Shown: positions 24,495 through 35,900 of the stretch, one piece after another
Layout of the letters: each line of letters opens with the position of its first letter
How positions within the stretch are numbered: the stretch's first letter is position 1
DNA from: Erysipelotrichaceae bacterium
Lineage (GTDB): Bacteria; Bacillota_I; Bacilli_A; RFN20; CAG-826
Direction of reading: 5' to 3'
Assembly (NCBI GenBank): GCA_012837435.1
Contig: DURD01000030.1
Coordinates: forward strand, 405-64,404
Length of the DNA stretch: 64,000 nucleotides
Notes under the pieces: model-generated
Seen by the model: the letters and a program-made list of their open reading frames with translations, nothing else
Told to the model about the DNA's origin: nothing
Database searches by the model: none
Program-made: the position numbers and the translations under genes

Positions 24495-24686
24495 ATGGGT
24501 ATCAAGAAATTTACTCAAGAAGTCATCAAAGAAGGCAGACGGGTTCGTTGGCCAAAAAGAGATGTGTTAATTCCATCCATTATCGTCGTCGTCGTAGTAG
24601 CGGCCTTAATGGGTCTTATTCTCATGGGTGAAGATTTTGTTGGAAAAAAATTAATCGATACGTTGAAAGACGCTTTCAATCGGTAG
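24495..24686 (+). CDS. secE: preprotein translocase subunit SecE
   Basis: 63 aa with a single TM helix. EGRRVRWPKRDV motif. SD aggagg. Lies between rpmG and nusG. Confidence 0.8.
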   Translation: MGIKKFTQEVIKEGRRVRWPKRDVLIPSIIVVVVVAALMGLILMGEDFVGKKLIDTLKDAFNR

Positions 24687-24696
24687 GAGGAACGCC

Positions 24697-25311
24697 ATGG
24701 CAGATGAAGTAAAATTTACAGATAGTTCAACTGATTTAAGCGATGACAAATCCTCTACCAATGTAGAATTAGGTGAAAAATCTTGGTATGTGGTCAATAC
24801 CTATTCCACTCATGAAAACAAAGTAAAAGAAAATTTACGTCGTCGTGTGGAATCGATGGGCTTACAAGATTTGATTTTCCGCATCATTGTCGCTGAACAA
24901 GAAGTGCCAGTGATGAAAGATGGCATGCCCACAGAAAAAACTAGAATGAAAAACCTTTATCCTGGTTATGTTTTCGTGGAGATGATCATGACAGACTACG
25001 CCTGGTATGTCGTGCGTAACACTCCGGGTGTGACAGGTTTCGTCGGTTCTTCTGGAAAAGGTACTAAGCCATTCCCAGTTCCAAGAGAACAAATCGAACC
25101 AGTATTAAAGAGAATGGGTGAAATCGACGATGAGATGTTCGATCGTTACAACGTCGATGATTATGTGAAAGTCATTCATGGACCATTGGAAGGCACTGAA
25201 GGACGCATCTTATCTATCAACCGTGAAACCATGGTTGTGGAAGTAGAAACAATTTTCTTCGGTCGTCCCACAAAAGTCGAAGTGGACTTTTCTGAAATCG
25301 ACAAGATTTAA
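24697..25311 (+). CDS. nusG: transcription termination/antitermination factor NusG
   Basis: KSWYVVNTYSTHENKV NGN start and a C-terminal KOW (VKVIHGPLEGTEGRI). Has an acidic N-terminal extension of about 25 aa. Confidence 0.9.
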   Translation: MADEVKFTDSSTDLSDDKSSTNVELGEKSWYVVNTYSTHENKVKENLRRRVESMGLQDLIFRIIVAEQEVPVMKDGMPTEKTRMKNLYPGYVFVEMIMTDYAWYVVRNTPGVTGFVGSSGKGTKPFPVPREQIEPVLKRMGEIDDEMFDRYNVDDYVKVIHGPLEGTEGRILSINRETMVVEVETIFFGRPTKVEVDFSEIDKI

Positions 25312-25331
25312 CCTCATTTAGTGCAAACAAA

Positions 25332-25357
25332 AACCAGCCTCGTCGCTGGTTTTTTTA
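25332..25357. terminator. bidirectional terminator between nusG and ktrA
   Basis: Stem aaccagc/gctggtt, loop ctcgtc, T7 downstream and an A-run upstream. Confidence 0.75.
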
Positions 25358-25367
25358 CTGTACAAAT

Positions 25368-26045
25368 TTATTTCTTTTTCTTCTTAGTCCCATTGATGGC
25401 TTCGCGGAAAGATCTAATTTCTTTGGTGCTACCGACGACATAAATGGTGTCATTAGGCAACAATGAATCATTACCACCTGGAACAAAAGAACGGCCATTT
25501 CGCATAATTAAAACGATGTTAATACCATACTTTTCTTTAGTTGCTAAATCTCTTATTTGTTCAGGAACATAAGCATTGTTGATGACGATAGAAACAACGG
25601 AATGCTTGTCATCTAATTTGTAAAAATCTTTAAAATCTTCATTACCTAATCTATTAGCTAAAGCGATACCCGCGGCTTTTTGGGGCATGATAATTTCTGT
25701 CGCACCCAATTTTTTTAAAATTGAGGAGTAATAGACATCATCAACGCGAACAATAATCGATTTAACACCCATTTCTTTTAAAATGACTGTCGTTAAAATA
25801 GTTCCTTGAATATGGGAACCAAAAGCGACAATAGCGGCATCGACATCTTTGATGCCAAGCTCTTTTAGGGCTTCTTCGTCAGTGCTATCGGCTACAGCGA
25901 CAGTCGGCAACAAACTACTGACTTTTTTAACAGCAGTTTCATCCATGTCAATGGCGATGACATCCATGCCGTTGTCGACTAATTCTTCAACGACGGAAAT
26001 GCCAAATTGTCCTAAACCGATAACGGCGAATGATTTTTTAGCCAT
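25368..26045 (-). CDS. ktrA: potassium uptake protein, NAD-binding subunit (KtrA/TrkA family)
   Basis: VIGLGQFG Rossmann motif, with TrkA-N plus TrkA-C layout. 225 aa. SD aaggagg. Confidence 0.85.
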   Translation of the reverse strand: MAKKSFAVIGLGQFGISVVEELVDNGMDVIAIDMDETAVKKVSSLLPTVAVADSTDEEALKELGIKDVDAAIVAFGSHIQGTILTTVILKEMGVKSIIVRVDDVYYSSILKKLGATEIIMPQKAAGIALANRLGNEDFKDFYKLDDKHSVVSIVINNAYVPEQIRDLATKEKYGINIVLIMRNGRSFVPGGNDSLLPNDTIYVVGSTKEIRSFREAINGTKKKKK

Positions 26046-26429
26046 AATTAACGCCTCCTTTTAAAGAACTGCGGTCATATTCCTCAACAAAACTATAATG
26101 CACATTGTTCAATTTGTCTAAATTATTCTTCAACTGATAAGAAAAACCATCAAGACAAAAAGTGGAGAACAACCATTAAAAATGAATTAATGACTAGGGA
26201 TTAGATAGTTATGCGAAAGAAGCAAAAGTAGTATAAAAATTTAAGTGTAAAACATCGGCACCATGAAAATGAGTATCGTGAATTATCGAATAAAATGAGT
26301 CACTCTAATACTTAATCATATCAGTTGATAGCAACAAAAATCAATTTTTTCTACTCATTTTATCCAAACAAATCTTTAGATTTGAAATATAATATGACAT
26401 TTTTGTACAATCGTTAACAAAGAAAATGC

Positions 26430-26459
26430 TTGCAACACGCACGTGGATTTTGATAATAT
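26430..26459 (+). promoter_or_regulatory. putative rplK-rplA promoter (extended -10)
   Basis: ttgcaa, 18-nt spacer ending in tga, then taatat. Confidence 0.5.
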
Positions 26460-26466
26460 TTATAAG

Positions 26467-26579
26467 CGTGTTATTTTGCGCTATGAGAGAGCGTGAGCGC
26501 ACGTGAATACGTTCTGTGGAGGAGTGGCGATCGCTCAATTACCACGGCACTGACAAGTCTATTTAAGGAGGAAAGTCAC
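26467..26579 (+). promoter_or_regulatory. rplK 5' leader with a GC-rich hairpin; possible L1 autoregulatory site
   Basis: ctgtgg...ccacgg stem enclosing ggaggagtggcgatcgc. L1 regulation of the L11 operon leader is established in other bacteria. Its homology here is unverified. Confidence 0.3.
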
Positions 26580-26990
26580 GTGAAAAAAATCGCAAAAGTC
26601 GTGAAGATGGAACTTCCTGGTGGCGAAGCAAAACCAGGTCCAAAACTCGCTTCTGCTGGTGTGAACATGGGTAAATTTTGTTCAGACTTTAACGCTAAGA
26701 CAGCAGATAGACGCGGTGAAATTGTTCCCGTTATCATTACAGCATTTGAGGACAAGACCTATGACTTTGTCGTCAAAACCTCACCAGTTGCTAGTTTGTT
26801 GTTAAAAGCCGCTGGAATTAAAAAAGGTAGTCCTACCGGTAGAAAAGATAAGGTAGGCACCATTACAAAAGCTCAACTCAGACAAATTGCTGAGTACAAG
26901 CTTCCCGATCTCAACTGCACTGACGTTGAAGCAGCGATGAAGATCGTCCAAGGCAGTGCCGTAAATATGGGCATTGAAATTGTTGAGTAA
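26580..26990 (+). CDS. rplK: 50S ribosomal protein L11
   Basis: GTG start 8 nt after aaggagg gives [21 protein letters not shown], which is L11-like. The track ORF start at 26493 is an upstream extension. Confidence 0.9.
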   Translation: MKKIAKVVKMELPGGEAKPGPKLASAGVNMGKFCSDFNAKTADRRGEIVPVIITAFEDKTYDFVVKTSPVASLLLKAAGIKKGSPTGRKDKVGTITKAQLRQIAEYKLPDLNCTDVEAAMKIVQGSAVNMGIEIVE

Positions 26991-27001
26991 GGTTTATCGG
27001 T

Positions 27002-27685
27002 ATGTTTAGAAGTAAAAAGTACAAACAGGCCGCCGCTAAAATTGAGGCCAACAAACTCTATTCTATCGAAGAAGCCTGCACTCTAGTGAAAGAAACTTCC
27101 ACGGTGAAGTTCGATGCTACTATTGGTATCAGTCTTAAACTCAACGTCGATCCAAGAAAAGCCGATCAACAAGTCAGAGGAACTCTCATTCTCCCGCATG
27201 GTAATGGTAAAACTAAAAAAGTCCTAGCCATCACCGATAAAGTTGAAGAAGCTTTAGCTGCTGGTGCTGAACATGCTGGTGGTGCCGAGCTGCTCGAAAA
27301 AATCCAAAAAGAAAACTGGTTTGATTTCGATGTCATCGTTGCTACTCCCAATATGATGGGTTCCATCGGTAAATATGGTCGGTTATTAGGCCCCAAAGGT
27401 TTAATGCCGAATCCTAAAGCTGGTACAGTTTCTCCCGATATTACCAAAGCTATCGAAGAAATTAAAGCCGGTAAAGTCGAATATCGTGTCGATAAAGAAG
27501 CCAATATGCACGTCTGCATTGGTAAAGTCTCGTTCGATGCCGAAAAACTCGTACAAAATTTAAATGCTCTTGTTGATGCTGTTTTGAAAGCTAAACCAGC
27601 AGCAGTTAAAGGTACGTATGTCAAAAAGTCAGTGATCCACACGACCATGGGTCCTGGAATTCAATTCACATTTGCTGGTCGATAA
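27002..27685 (+). CDS. rplA: 50S ribosomal protein L1
   Basis: 227 aa. [18 protein letters not shown] and [14 protein letters not shown] motifs. Confidence 0.95.
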   Translation: MFRSKKYKQAAAKIEANKLYSIEEACTLVKETSTVKFDATIGISLKLNVDPRKADQQVRGTLILPHGNGKTKKVLAITDKVEEALAAGAEHAGGAELLEKIQKENWFDFDVIVATPNMMGSIGKYGRLLGPKGLMPNPKAGTVSPDITKAIEEIKAGKVEYRVDKEANMHVCIGKVSFDAEKLVQNLNALVDAVLKAKPAAVKGTYVKKSVIHTTMGPGIQFTFAGR

Positions 27686-27811
27686 TTATTTAAAGCACCA
27701 TATACCGAAGACAGTAACGGACGAAACAGTCTTAATCAAGTTACCGAGGCGTATTTATAAATACCCAACCGTATATTGGAGCCTTCAAAAAAAGAAAAGG
27801 AGGTCAAGAAT
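27686..27811 (+). promoter_or_regulatory. rplJ leader region (candidate L10 leader)
   Basis: 126-nt untranslated spacer before rplJ-rplL. L10(L12)4 autoregulatory leaders occupy this position in Firmicutes. The structure was not verified here. Confidence 0.4.
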
Positions 27812-28300
27812 ATGAATAAAGCGATTTTAGCTACTAAAGCAGAGACAGTCAAAACTATCAGCGCTAAAGCTAAAAATAGCAAGACGATAGTCGTTTGTGA
27901 ATATCGCGGTTTATCCGTTTCACAAATCGAAGAAATTAGACGTGCTCTTCGCAAAGAAAACGCTGAAATGAACGTTTACAAGAACACTCTCGTCGTACGG
28001 GCTTGCGATGATTTAGGTTATCAAGAAATGGAAAGCATTTTGTTTGGTCCTAACGCCATCGTATTTTCAGAAGACGTCACCGCTGGTGCCAAAGTCATTG
28101 CTAAGTATGCTAAAAAACACCGAGGTCTTCTCAATATCAAAGGCGGAATCGTCGAAGGGAAATTCGTCGATGCAGAAGCCATGAAAGAAATTGCAAAACT
28201 TCCAGGCAGAGAAGGTCTTATTTCCATGTTCTTATCGTGCTTACAAGCACCTATCCGTTCCTTCGCTTGCGCTGTTAAGGCAGTCGCGGAACAAAAGTAA
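27812..28300 (+). CDS. rplJ: 50S ribosomal protein L10
   Basis: The ATG after aaaggagg gives MNKAILATKAETV. The track start at 27776 is a TTG extension. Confidence 0.9.
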   Translation: MNKAILATKAETVKTISAKAKNSKTIVVCEYRGLSVSQIEEIRRALRKENAEMNVYKNTLVVRACDDLGYQEMESILFGPNAIVFSEDVTAGAKVIAKYAKKHRGLLNIKGGIVEGKFVDAEAMKEIAKLPGREGLISMFLSCLQAPIRSFACAVKAVAEQK

Positions 28301-28323
28301 TGCCAATTTAGGAGGATATTAAA

Positions 28324-28698
28324 ATGGCAAAATTAACAAAAGAAGAAATCATTGCGTCATTAAAAGAAATGACCGTAATGGAACTAAATGAATTAGTCAA
28401 AGCCGTCGAAGATGAATTCGGCGTTACTGCTGCCGCACCAGTTGGTGTCGTGGCTGCTCCAGTAGAAGAAGAAGAAAGTAAAGGACCAACAGAAGTCTCT
28501 TTAATCTTAAAGAGCATCGGTGGTTCCAAAGTTCAAGTTATCAAAGCCGTTCAAGTCCTTACGGGCTTAGGCTTGATGGATGCTAAAAAATTAGTGGATG
28601 GCGCCCCAGTCGCCATTAAAGAAAACATCTCCCCGGTCGAAGCTGAAGAGCACAAGAAAACTCTTGAAGCTGCGGGTGCGGAAATCGAAATTAAATAA
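28324..28698 (+). CDS. rplL: 50S ribosomal protein L7/L12
   Basis: 124 aa. Ala/Val-rich hinge. C-terminal [27 protein letters not shown]. Confidence 0.95.
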   Translation: MAKLTKEEIIASLKEMTVMELNELVKAVEDEFGVTAAAPVGVVAAPVEEEESKGPTEVSLILKSIGGSKVQVIKAVQVLTGLGLMDAKKLVDGAPVAIKENISPVEAEEHKKTLEAAGAEIEIK

Positions 28699-28738
28699 GT
28701 CATTTAATGCGTAACAACTTCAGGGATAATTTCAATTA

Positions 28739-29368
28739 ATGAGTCATTATTTTCAAGACGATCCTAACTTAGCTTCAGACATCAAGGAGATTGGTTTTGA
28801 AATTCATGGATTCAAAATGAAATTGTTTACTGACAAAGGTGTATTTTCCAAAAATTATGTCGATGAGGGTAGTTTGGCCCTTCTCAAAGTCATTCTACCT
28901 CTCGACTTAGGAAGACACGTTCTCGATTTGGGATGTGGGTATGGGGCGATTGGTTTAACGCTCGCGACCGCTAACCCTGAGATGAAAGTAACTCTTTCTG
29001 ACATCAATCCTCGCGCCGTGACACTCTGTCAAAAAAATGCGGATCGATTAAATTTAAACCATCAAGTCACTATCCTTCAAAGTGACCTCTATCAAAAAAT
29101 AGAAGGACCATTTGATTCAATTGTTGTTAACCCGCCCATCCGTGCTGGTAAGGCTATAACCTATCGCATGTATGAGGAGGCGAAACATTATTTAATTGAT
29201 GGCGGCTCTTTATATGTTGTAATTAGAAAAGCCCAAGGAGCAGCGAGTGCAAGTAAATATATCGAAAGTATCTTCGGTAATGTCACTTTGCTCAAACGCG
29301 ATAAAGGCTATTATATCTACCGTGCAACTAAGAGCGAGAACACAGAAAAGGAGCCATTATATGATTAG
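28739..29368 (+). CDS. class I SAM-dependent methyltransferase (RsmC/YbxB-like)
   Basis: [14 protein letters not shown] motif and [10 protein letters not shown]. Same rplL-rpoB position as B. subtilis ybxB. Confidence 0.8.
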   Translation: MSHYFQDDPNLASDIKEIGFEIHGFKMKLFTDKGVFSKNYVDEGSLALLKVILPLDLGRHVLDLGCGYGAIGLTLATANPEMKVTLSDINPRAVTLCQKNADRLNLNHQVTILQSDLYQKIEGPFDSIVVNPPIRAGKAITYRMYEEAKHYLIDGGSLYVVIRKAQGAASASKYIESIFGNVTLLKRDKGYYIYRATKSENTEKEPLYD

Positions 29369-32300
29369 AAACATTGAGCAATTAAACAAACTCAACAACG
29401 ATCGTTACGATTACAGCAAGATTTCTGGTAAACTTCTTCTACCTAATCTCGTAGAAATTCAAACTAAATCATACGAAGAGTTCAAAGAAAAAGGTTTAGA
29501 TGAAGTATTCAAAGAATCATTTCCTATCGTAAATTATACAAATACATTATCAATCGACTACGTCTCGGTTCGTTTTGATCAACCTAAGCACACATTCTCT
29601 AAATGCAAAGCTCAGTCTCTTACGTACAGTTCACCAATCTACGTGAAAGTACGCTTAACTCACCACGATACAGGGGAGATCCAAGAAAGCGAAGTCTACA
29701 TGGGTGAATTCCCGTTGATGACCAAATCTGGAACCTTTATCGTCAATGGGGCAGAGCGCGTCATCGTCTCGCAGTTAGTTCGTTCACCAGGCGCTTATAT
29801 GTCCATGAACAAGGACATTAAAACTGGTAAGGTGACCTATGCTTCGGATTTAATTCCTGGCCGTGGAACTTGGCTACAATTTGAAAGCGGGGCTAAAGAT
29901 TTATTGAGCGTTCGTATCGATCGCCAAAGAAAACTTAACGCCACTACACTTTTAAGGGCTTTGGGTCTAGAAGAAGATAGCGACATTTTGAAACTTTTCG
30001 GAGAATCCGATGCTTTAAAAAATTCTCTAGCTAAAGACGAGAATTCCGGAATCAAAAATGCCAAAATCGCTCTGGTGGAAATTTTTAGCAAAATGAAACC
30101 AGGGGAGCCCATCACCGAAGAAGGTACTATCAATTTCTTGGTGCAAAAATTCTTCGATGGCAAGCATTATGATCTTGGTAGAGCTGGTCGTTTTAAATAT
30201 ATTAAAAAACTCGGTATATATAATCGTTTAGTGGGGCGCGCTCTCGCAGAAAATCTCATCGATAGCGATGGGGAAGTTCGCTTCAAAAAGGGCTACACCT
30301 TAACCGCTCAAGATGTCGATTCTCTAAGAGATGAAGAATTCTTTGAAAAAGGAGCCCACACTAAAAAACTCAAAGTCAATGATAAGCTGGATGATCACAG
30401 TGTTGTCAACTTCGTTAAAGTCTACAACAATGATCGCGAAAAGAAAGTATGCCATATCGTGGGAACAGACCTTAATTGCACGCTTTCTTACGTTACAATC
30501 AGCGATATTTTTGCTTGCTTTTCTTATTTCTTGAATGTCATGGAAGGAATTGGTGACACCGATGACATCGATCATTTAGGCAATCGACGTGTTCGTTGTG
30601 TGGGTGAACTACTGCAAAATCAATTCCGTTTAGGTTTAGCCAAAATGGTTAAAACCGTCCAACAAAAGATGTCGATTTCTGATTTAGGTAATGTCAAACC
30701 TAAATCCTTAATCAATCCCCGTCCATTATCGGCGAGTATCAGAGAATTTTTTGCCTCTTCTCAATTATCGCAATTCATGGATCAAACTAATCCGCTCGCG
30801 GAATTGACCAATAAGAGAAGATTATCGGCGTTAGGTCCGGGGGGCTTGACGAGAGATCGAGCTTCTACCGAAGTGCGTGACGTCCACGTTTCTCACTATG
30901 GTCGTATTTGCCCAATCGAAACACCCGAAGGTCAAAACATCGGTTTAATCAACAACCTCGCGACCTACGCCAAAGTTAATAAATATGGATTTATAGAAAC
31001 CCCGTATAGGCGTGTAGATAAAACCACCTATCGCGTTTTGAGCGAACCAGAAGATTCCGTTTATTTGTCCGCGGATGAAGAATGGGATTATGTCATCGCT
31101 GAAGCTAATATCAATCTCTCTCCAGAGGGAGAAATTCTCGATGAGCAAGTTATCGCTCGATATAAAGGTCAAAATATTATGGCGAGAAGAGAAAAAGTCG
31201 ATTATGTCGACGTCTCTCCAAAACAAATCGTTTCTATCGCCGCCGGATGTATTCCCTTTTTGGAAAACGATGATACGATGAGAGCTTTGATGGGTTCTAA
31301 CATGCAACGCCAAGCTTTACCTCTGGTAAGACCACAAGCCCCCATCGTCGGTACAGGTCTCGAACATCAAATTGCTCGCGACTCAGGTTTAGCGGTCGTC
31401 GCGGTGAACGATGGCGTCGTCACTTACACAGACTCTCGTACCATCGAGGTCTTAGAAGCTGACAGCGTGGAACCCCGAATTTATCAATTACAAAAATATG
31501 AGAGAAGTAACCAAGGCACTTGCATCAACCAAACGAGCATCGTAAAAGTTGGTGAAAAAGTCAAAAAAGGTCAAATCATCGCCGATGGTCCGGCTATGCA
31601 AAATGGTGACCTAGCTCTTGGTCGAAACGTTATTATCGCCTTTATGACCTGGAATGGTTATAACTACGAAGACGCGGTTATCATGTCTGAAAGATTGGTA
31701 AAAGATGACGTTTACACCTCAATTCATATCGAAAAATACGAATTAGAAAGTCGCAGCATTCCTAAGTTAGGCGATGAAGAAATTACTCGCGACATTCCAA
31801 ATACTTCTGAGAGCGCCAAAGCTAATTTGGATGAACGCGGAATTATCGTTCCCGGCGCGGAAGTCAGAGAAGGCGACATTTTAGTCGGTAAAGTGACCCC
31901 TCGCGGTCAAAGCGAACCCACCCCAGAAGGCAAATTGTTGATGGCTATCTTTGGTGAAAAAACTAATGAGGGTAAAGATGCTTCCTTACGGGTTCCTCAC
32001 GGGGGAGCCGGAATTGTCCTCGATGTCAAAATTTTCAAACGTCAAGGCAAATCTCGAGATGTAGAACTCCCTCCAGGAGTTAATGAAGTCGTTCACGTCT
32101 ATATCGTCCAAAAGAGAAAAATCTCCGAAGGAGATAAGATGTCGGGTCGTCACGGTAATAAAGGTGTTATTTCCCGCATTTTACCCGAATGCGATATGCC
32201 CTTCCTTCCCGATGGTACCCCCGTTGACATCATGCTCAACCCCTTGGGTGTTCCTTCCCGTATGAACATCGGTCAAATTCTCGAAGTCCACTTGGGATAT

Positions 32301-32984
32301 GCTTTAAAACAATTAGGATATAAGATTGCTTCTCCTGTCTTCGATGGCATCACCAACGATGAAATCCTCGATATGATGAAGAAAGCCAATATGGACCCCA
32401 CTGGTAAAACTATCCTTTACGATGGCACTACCGGTGAAAGATTTGATGAAAGAATTACCGTCGGCTCCATGTATATGATTAAACTCGTCCACATGGTCGA
32501 TGATAAATTGCACGCTCGTGCCACTGGCCCCTATAGCTTAGTGACACAACAACCTTTGGGCGGCAAAGCCCAAAACGGTGGTCAAAGGTTTGGTGAAATG
32601 GAAGTCTGGGCTTTAGAAGCCTACGGCGCCGCTCACGTCTTACAAGAAATTATCACCATTAAATCCGACGATCGGGTCGGTAGAAGAAAAACTTACGAAG
32701 CGATTATCAAAGGTCAACCATTACCAAAACCAGGCATTCCAGAAGCCTTCAAGGTTTTAGTGAAAGAATTACAAGCTCTTTCCATGAATGTCACGCTCTA
32801 CGATCAAGAAGGACAAGTCATCGATATGGATGTCCTAGCTAAGGAAGCGGAAAAAGAAGAGAGAAGAATCAACGCCAGCATTCGTAATTTGGTCGGTGAA
32901 TCTTCGGCTTCCAGTCAATCAGTCGTCGATCAAGAAGCGCTGGGTATGAGTTACCGCGATATCGATGAAGATTTTGTGAGTTAA
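29361..32984 (+). CDS. rpoB: DNA-directed RNA polymerase subunit beta
   Basis: The ATG at 29361 after aaaaggag gives [10 protein letters not shown] and overlaps the methyltransferase stop by 8 nt. The track start at 29247 is an extension. Conserved [13 protein letters not shown] and NMQRQA motifs. Confidence 0.95.
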   Translation: MIRNIEQLNKLNNDRYDYSKISGKLLLPNLVEIQTKSYEEFKEKGLDEVFKESFPIVNYTNTLSIDYVSVRFDQPKHTFSKCKAQSLTYSSPIYVKVRLTHHDTGEIQESEVYMGEFPLMTKSGTFIVNGAERVIVSQLVRSPGAYMSMNKDIKTGKVTYASDLIPGRGTWLQFESGAKDLLSVRIDRQRKLNATTLLRALGLEEDSDILKLFGESDALKNSLAKDENSGIKNAKIALVEIFSKMKPGEPITEEGTINFLVQKFFDGKHYDLGRAGRFKYIKKLGIYNRLVGRALAENLIDSDGEVRFKKGYTLTAQDVDSLRDEEFFEKGAHTKKLKVNDKLDDHSVVNFVKVYNNDREKKVCHIVGTDLNCTLSYVTISDIFACFSYFLNVMEGIGDTDDIDHLGNRRVRCVGELLQNQFRLGLAKMVKTVQQKMSISDLGNVKPKSLINPRPLSASIREFFASSQLSQFMDQTNPLAELTNKRRLSALGPGGLTRDRASTEVRDVHVSHYGRICPIETPEGQNIGLINNLATYAKVNKYGFIETPYRRVDKTTYRVLSEPEDSVYLSADEEWDYVIAEANINLSPEGEILDEQVIARYKGQNIMARREKVDYVDVSPKQIVSIAAGCIPFLENDDTMRALMGSNMQRQALPLVRPQAPIVGTGLEHQIARDSGLAVVAVNDGVVTYTDSRTIEVLEADSVEPRIYQLQKYERSNQGTCINQTSIVKVGEKVKKGQIIADGPAMQNGDLALGRNVIIAFMTWNGYNYEDAVIMSERLVKDDVYTSIHIEKYELESRSIPKLGDEEITRDIPNTSESAKANLDERGIIVPGAEVREGDILVGKVTPRGQSEPTPEGKLLMAIFGEKTNEGKDASLRVPHGGAGIVLDVKIFKRQGKSRDVELPPGVNEVVHVYIVQKRKISEGDKMSGRHGNKGVISRILPECDMPFLPDGTPVDIMLNPLGVPSRMNIGQILEVHLGYALKQLGYKIASPVFDGITNDEILDMMKKANMDPTGKTILYDGTTGERFDERITVGSMYMIKLVHMVDDKLHARATGPYSLVTQQPLGGKAQNGGQRFGEMEVWALEAYGAAHVLQEIITIKSDDRVGRRKTYEAIIKGQPLPKPGIPEAFKVLVKELQALSMNVTLYDQEGQVIDMDVLAKEAEKEERRINASIRNLVGESSASSQSVVDQEALGMSYRDIDEDFVS

Positions 32985-32999
32985 GGAGGATAAAAGATT

Positions 33000-35900
33000 A
33001 TGTTTGATGTTAAAAGATTAGCAGCGATTAAAGTCGGTTTAGCCTCTCCTGAAAATATCCGTAGTTGGAGTCATGGTGAAGTTCTAAAACCAGAAACCAT
33101 CAACTATCGTAGTCAAAAACCAGAAATGCAAGGTTTGTATTGCGAAAAAATCTTTGGACCTAGCAAGGATTATGAATGCCACTGCGGCAAATATAAAAAG
33201 ATCCGATTTGCGGGAGTCGTCTGTGAGAAGTGTGGTGTCGAAGTCACTTCTAAGGAAGTTAGAAGAGAGAGAATGGGCCACATTGAACTAGCCAGTCCCT
33301 GCTCGCACATTTGGTACTTAAAAGGCATTCCTAGTCGCATTGGCCTCCTCCTCAATGTTTCTCCCAAACATTTAGAAGAAGTCACCTATTTTGCGGCTCA
33401 CGTCTGCTTGAATCCTGGTAAATCTACCAAACTTCTATATCGCGAATTTATCAACGAACGCAATGGTCGTGAAATATTCATTCCCGCGGTAAAAGAAATT
33501 CAAGAAAATGCCGCTGAATGGGGTTTACAAGAAGGTAGCGACGATTACCAAAGAAGCGAAGAACTAATCGCCAAGATGGAAAATCGCGGTGAAGTTTTCG
33601 ATTTCCAAACAGTCGCGAGATTTATCAATAAATATACAGGTGCAGAATTTTCTGAAGGGGCCGCGGCCATTAAACGTCTTTTGCAAGAACTCGATTTAGA
33701 TAAAGAAGCAGAAGCGATTAATGCCAAGATGAAAGAAACTAGGGCCAGTTCTCGTCAAAAGTTGACCAAGAGACTAGAAGTCATCGAAGCTTTCCGCAAC
33801 TCTGACAATAAACCGGAATGGATGATTTTGGATGTCATTCCCGTCATTCCTCCAGATTTAAGACCGATGCTTGCTCTCGATGGGGGCAGATTCGCTACTT
33901 CCGACTTAAATGACTTATATCGCCGTGTGATTTCTCGAAATAATCGTTTGAAGAAATTAATCGATATGAATTCACCTCAAGTCATTTTGATGAACGAAAA
34001 ACGTATGCTGCAAGAAGCGGTAGACGCTTTGATAGATAATGGCCGTAGAAATAAAGCCGTTCAAGGTCCTGGTGGCCGACCTTTAAAGAGTCTGAGTAGT
34101 GCTCTTAAAGGCAAACAAGGTCGCTTTAGACAAAACTTATTAGGAAAACGTGTCGACTATTCCGGTCGTTCAGTAATCGCGGTTGGTCCCTCTTTAAAGA
34201 TGTATCAATGCGGTTTACCAAGAGAAATGGCGATTCAACTGTTGAGACCCTTTATCGCTTGCGAACTTCTCAAACGCGGAATCGCTAATGCTCATAAGCA
34301 GGCTGACAAGATCATCGATCGTTATGATGATGTGGTATTCGACATCATCGAAGAAATCATTCCGAAACATCCCGTGCTTTTAAACCGCGCGCCGACTTTA
34401 CATAGACTAGGTATCCAAGCTTTCCAAGCTGTGCTAGTTGATGGCCGCGCTATCCGTTTACACCCCTTAGTGTGTACCGGTTTTAACGCTGACTTTGACG
34501 GCGACCAAATGGCGGTTCACGTCCCTTTATCGAAAGCCGCTCAAGAAGAAGCCCTCCACTTGATGTTAGCGAGCAATAATATCCTCGGTCCCAAAGATGG
34601 AAAACCTATCGTTACTCCCTCTCAAGACATGGTAATCGGCAACTATTATTTAACGTTAGAAAGTACTAAAGAGGACTTTTTGAATACCGCCGCCATCTTG
34701 CGTGAACGCAACGACATTGAAGAAGCTGAAAAATACGAACTTTACGCTGATAGCGAAGGCAAAGTGTTTAAAGATGTCGACGATGTCTTAAGAGCCTATC
34801 AAACTAAACAAATTCATCTCCATAACCGCATTGCTTTAATCGGCAAAGCGATGATGAAAAAAGATTTCACCGAAGAACAAAATAAGAACTATTTAGTTAC
34901 TTCTGTGGGCAAGGTTATTTTTAACCTAATTTTCCCAGCAGACTTCCCTTATCTAAATGAAGTGAGTGAAGAGGCATTAAGAGGCGATATTGAGGTGGTA
35001 AGTAAAGACTTTGCTCCTCGCGGAACTAACGTCAAAGAATTCATCGCTTCTCGTCCGCTTTTAAAACCATTCAAGAAAAAAGACTTGGCTTTAATCATCA
35101 ATGAAATTTTCCAACGCTACGATCGTCAAGGCAATCCTAAAACTGCGGCAGTTCTAGATAAGATTAAAGACCAAGGTTTCCACTATTCAACAGTCGCGGG
35201 TTTAACGGTTTCGTTAACCGACATCCACACCGTTAAAGGCAAAGAAGAAGTTTTTAGAGAAGGCGATGAGAAAGTTGCTAATTTAAAAGAACTATACGAA
35301 ATGGGCATGTTGACCAACGATGAAAGACATAAACAAGTAGTGGAAGTTTGGGAAGATGTAAAAAATCAAGTGTTAGCCAAACTCGAAAATCAATTTAAAG
35401 TTGAAACTCGTAACCCTATCTTCATGATGTCTGATTCTGGGGCACGTGGCAATATTTCCAATATTCTCCAACTAGCTGGTATGAGAGGTTTGATGAGTTC
35501 GACTTCTGGAGGTACTATCGAACTTCCAGTTAAATCTTGTTTCCGCGAAGGGATGACTGTCTCGGAATTCTTTATCGCGACTCACGGGGCCCGTAAGGGT
35601 GGTGCTGATACCGCTTTAAAAACCGCTGACTCTGGTTATTTAACCAGACGTTTAGTCGATGTTTCTCAAGACGTCATTGTGAGAGAAGAAGATTGTGGAA
35701 CTGACCACGGTTTTGAAGTCAGCGAGATTAGAGATACTTCCAACAACTCTATCATCGTTAAATTGTTCGACCGTTTAGTCGGCCGCTACGTGTTAAACGA
35801 TGTGACTTATCCGGAAGGACATGAAAAAGCTGGCGAAGTTATCGTCGCTAAAAATACGATGATTGACGAAACTCAAGCCAAAGCGATTGTCGAAGCCGGC

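Noticed and set aside
24158-24518. Three track ORFs (24158-24361 +, 24202-24393 -, 24273-24518 -) between the small TM protein and secE.
   Set aside because: The region is better explained by the promoter at 24272-24300 and the 48-aa L33 gene (24333-24479). That gene has a strong SD, a zinc-ribbon sequence and canonical synteny.
26046-26340. Possible c-di-AMP (ydaO/kimA-type) riboswitch upstream of ktrA, as found in Bacillus.
   Set aside because: The minus-strand leader lacks the G-rich conserved cores (ACGGGGA and GGGGUGAAUC-like) of that riboswitch. A likely promoter (tagaca-17-tatagt) sits only about 40 nt from the ATG.
26359-26367. DnaA-box-like TTATCCAAA (8/9 match to TTATCCACA), raising the idea of an origin in the long spacer.
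   Set aside because: It is a single near-match with no cluster of boxes and no adjacent dnaA/dnaN. An AT-rich 9-mer near-match is expected by chance.
26341-26538. 65-aa minus-strand ORF in the ktrA-rplK spacer.
   Set aside because: It overlaps the predicted rplK promoter and leader, has no SD, and its translation shows no recognisable features. It is the only ORF in the spacer, so transcript data should be checked before fully dismissing it.
27166-27648. Long antisense ORFs inside highly expressed or conserved genes. Examples: 160 aa antisense to rplA, 154 aa in gatB (10936-11400), 140 aa in uvrA (51797-52219), 134 aa in pgk (59880-60284), 128 aa across lgt/ppaX (55427-55813) and 122 aa in rpoB (30945-31313).
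   Set aside because: They lie wholly within strongly supported sense genes and have low-complexity Ser/Leu/Ala-rich translations. They have no SD or promoter. Sense-strand avoidance of TTA/CTA/TCA codons explains them.
29247-29360. N-terminal extensions of track ORFs: rpoB 29247, rplK 26493, rplJ 27776, plsX 37022, nifJ 45707, cobB to 19626, tpiA 61121, rpsL 38667, pcrA 4651, fusA 39603.
   Set aside because: The downstream starts have proper SD spacing and reproduce conserved family N-termini. Several extensions overlap the upstream gene, a promoter element or a non-ATG codon.
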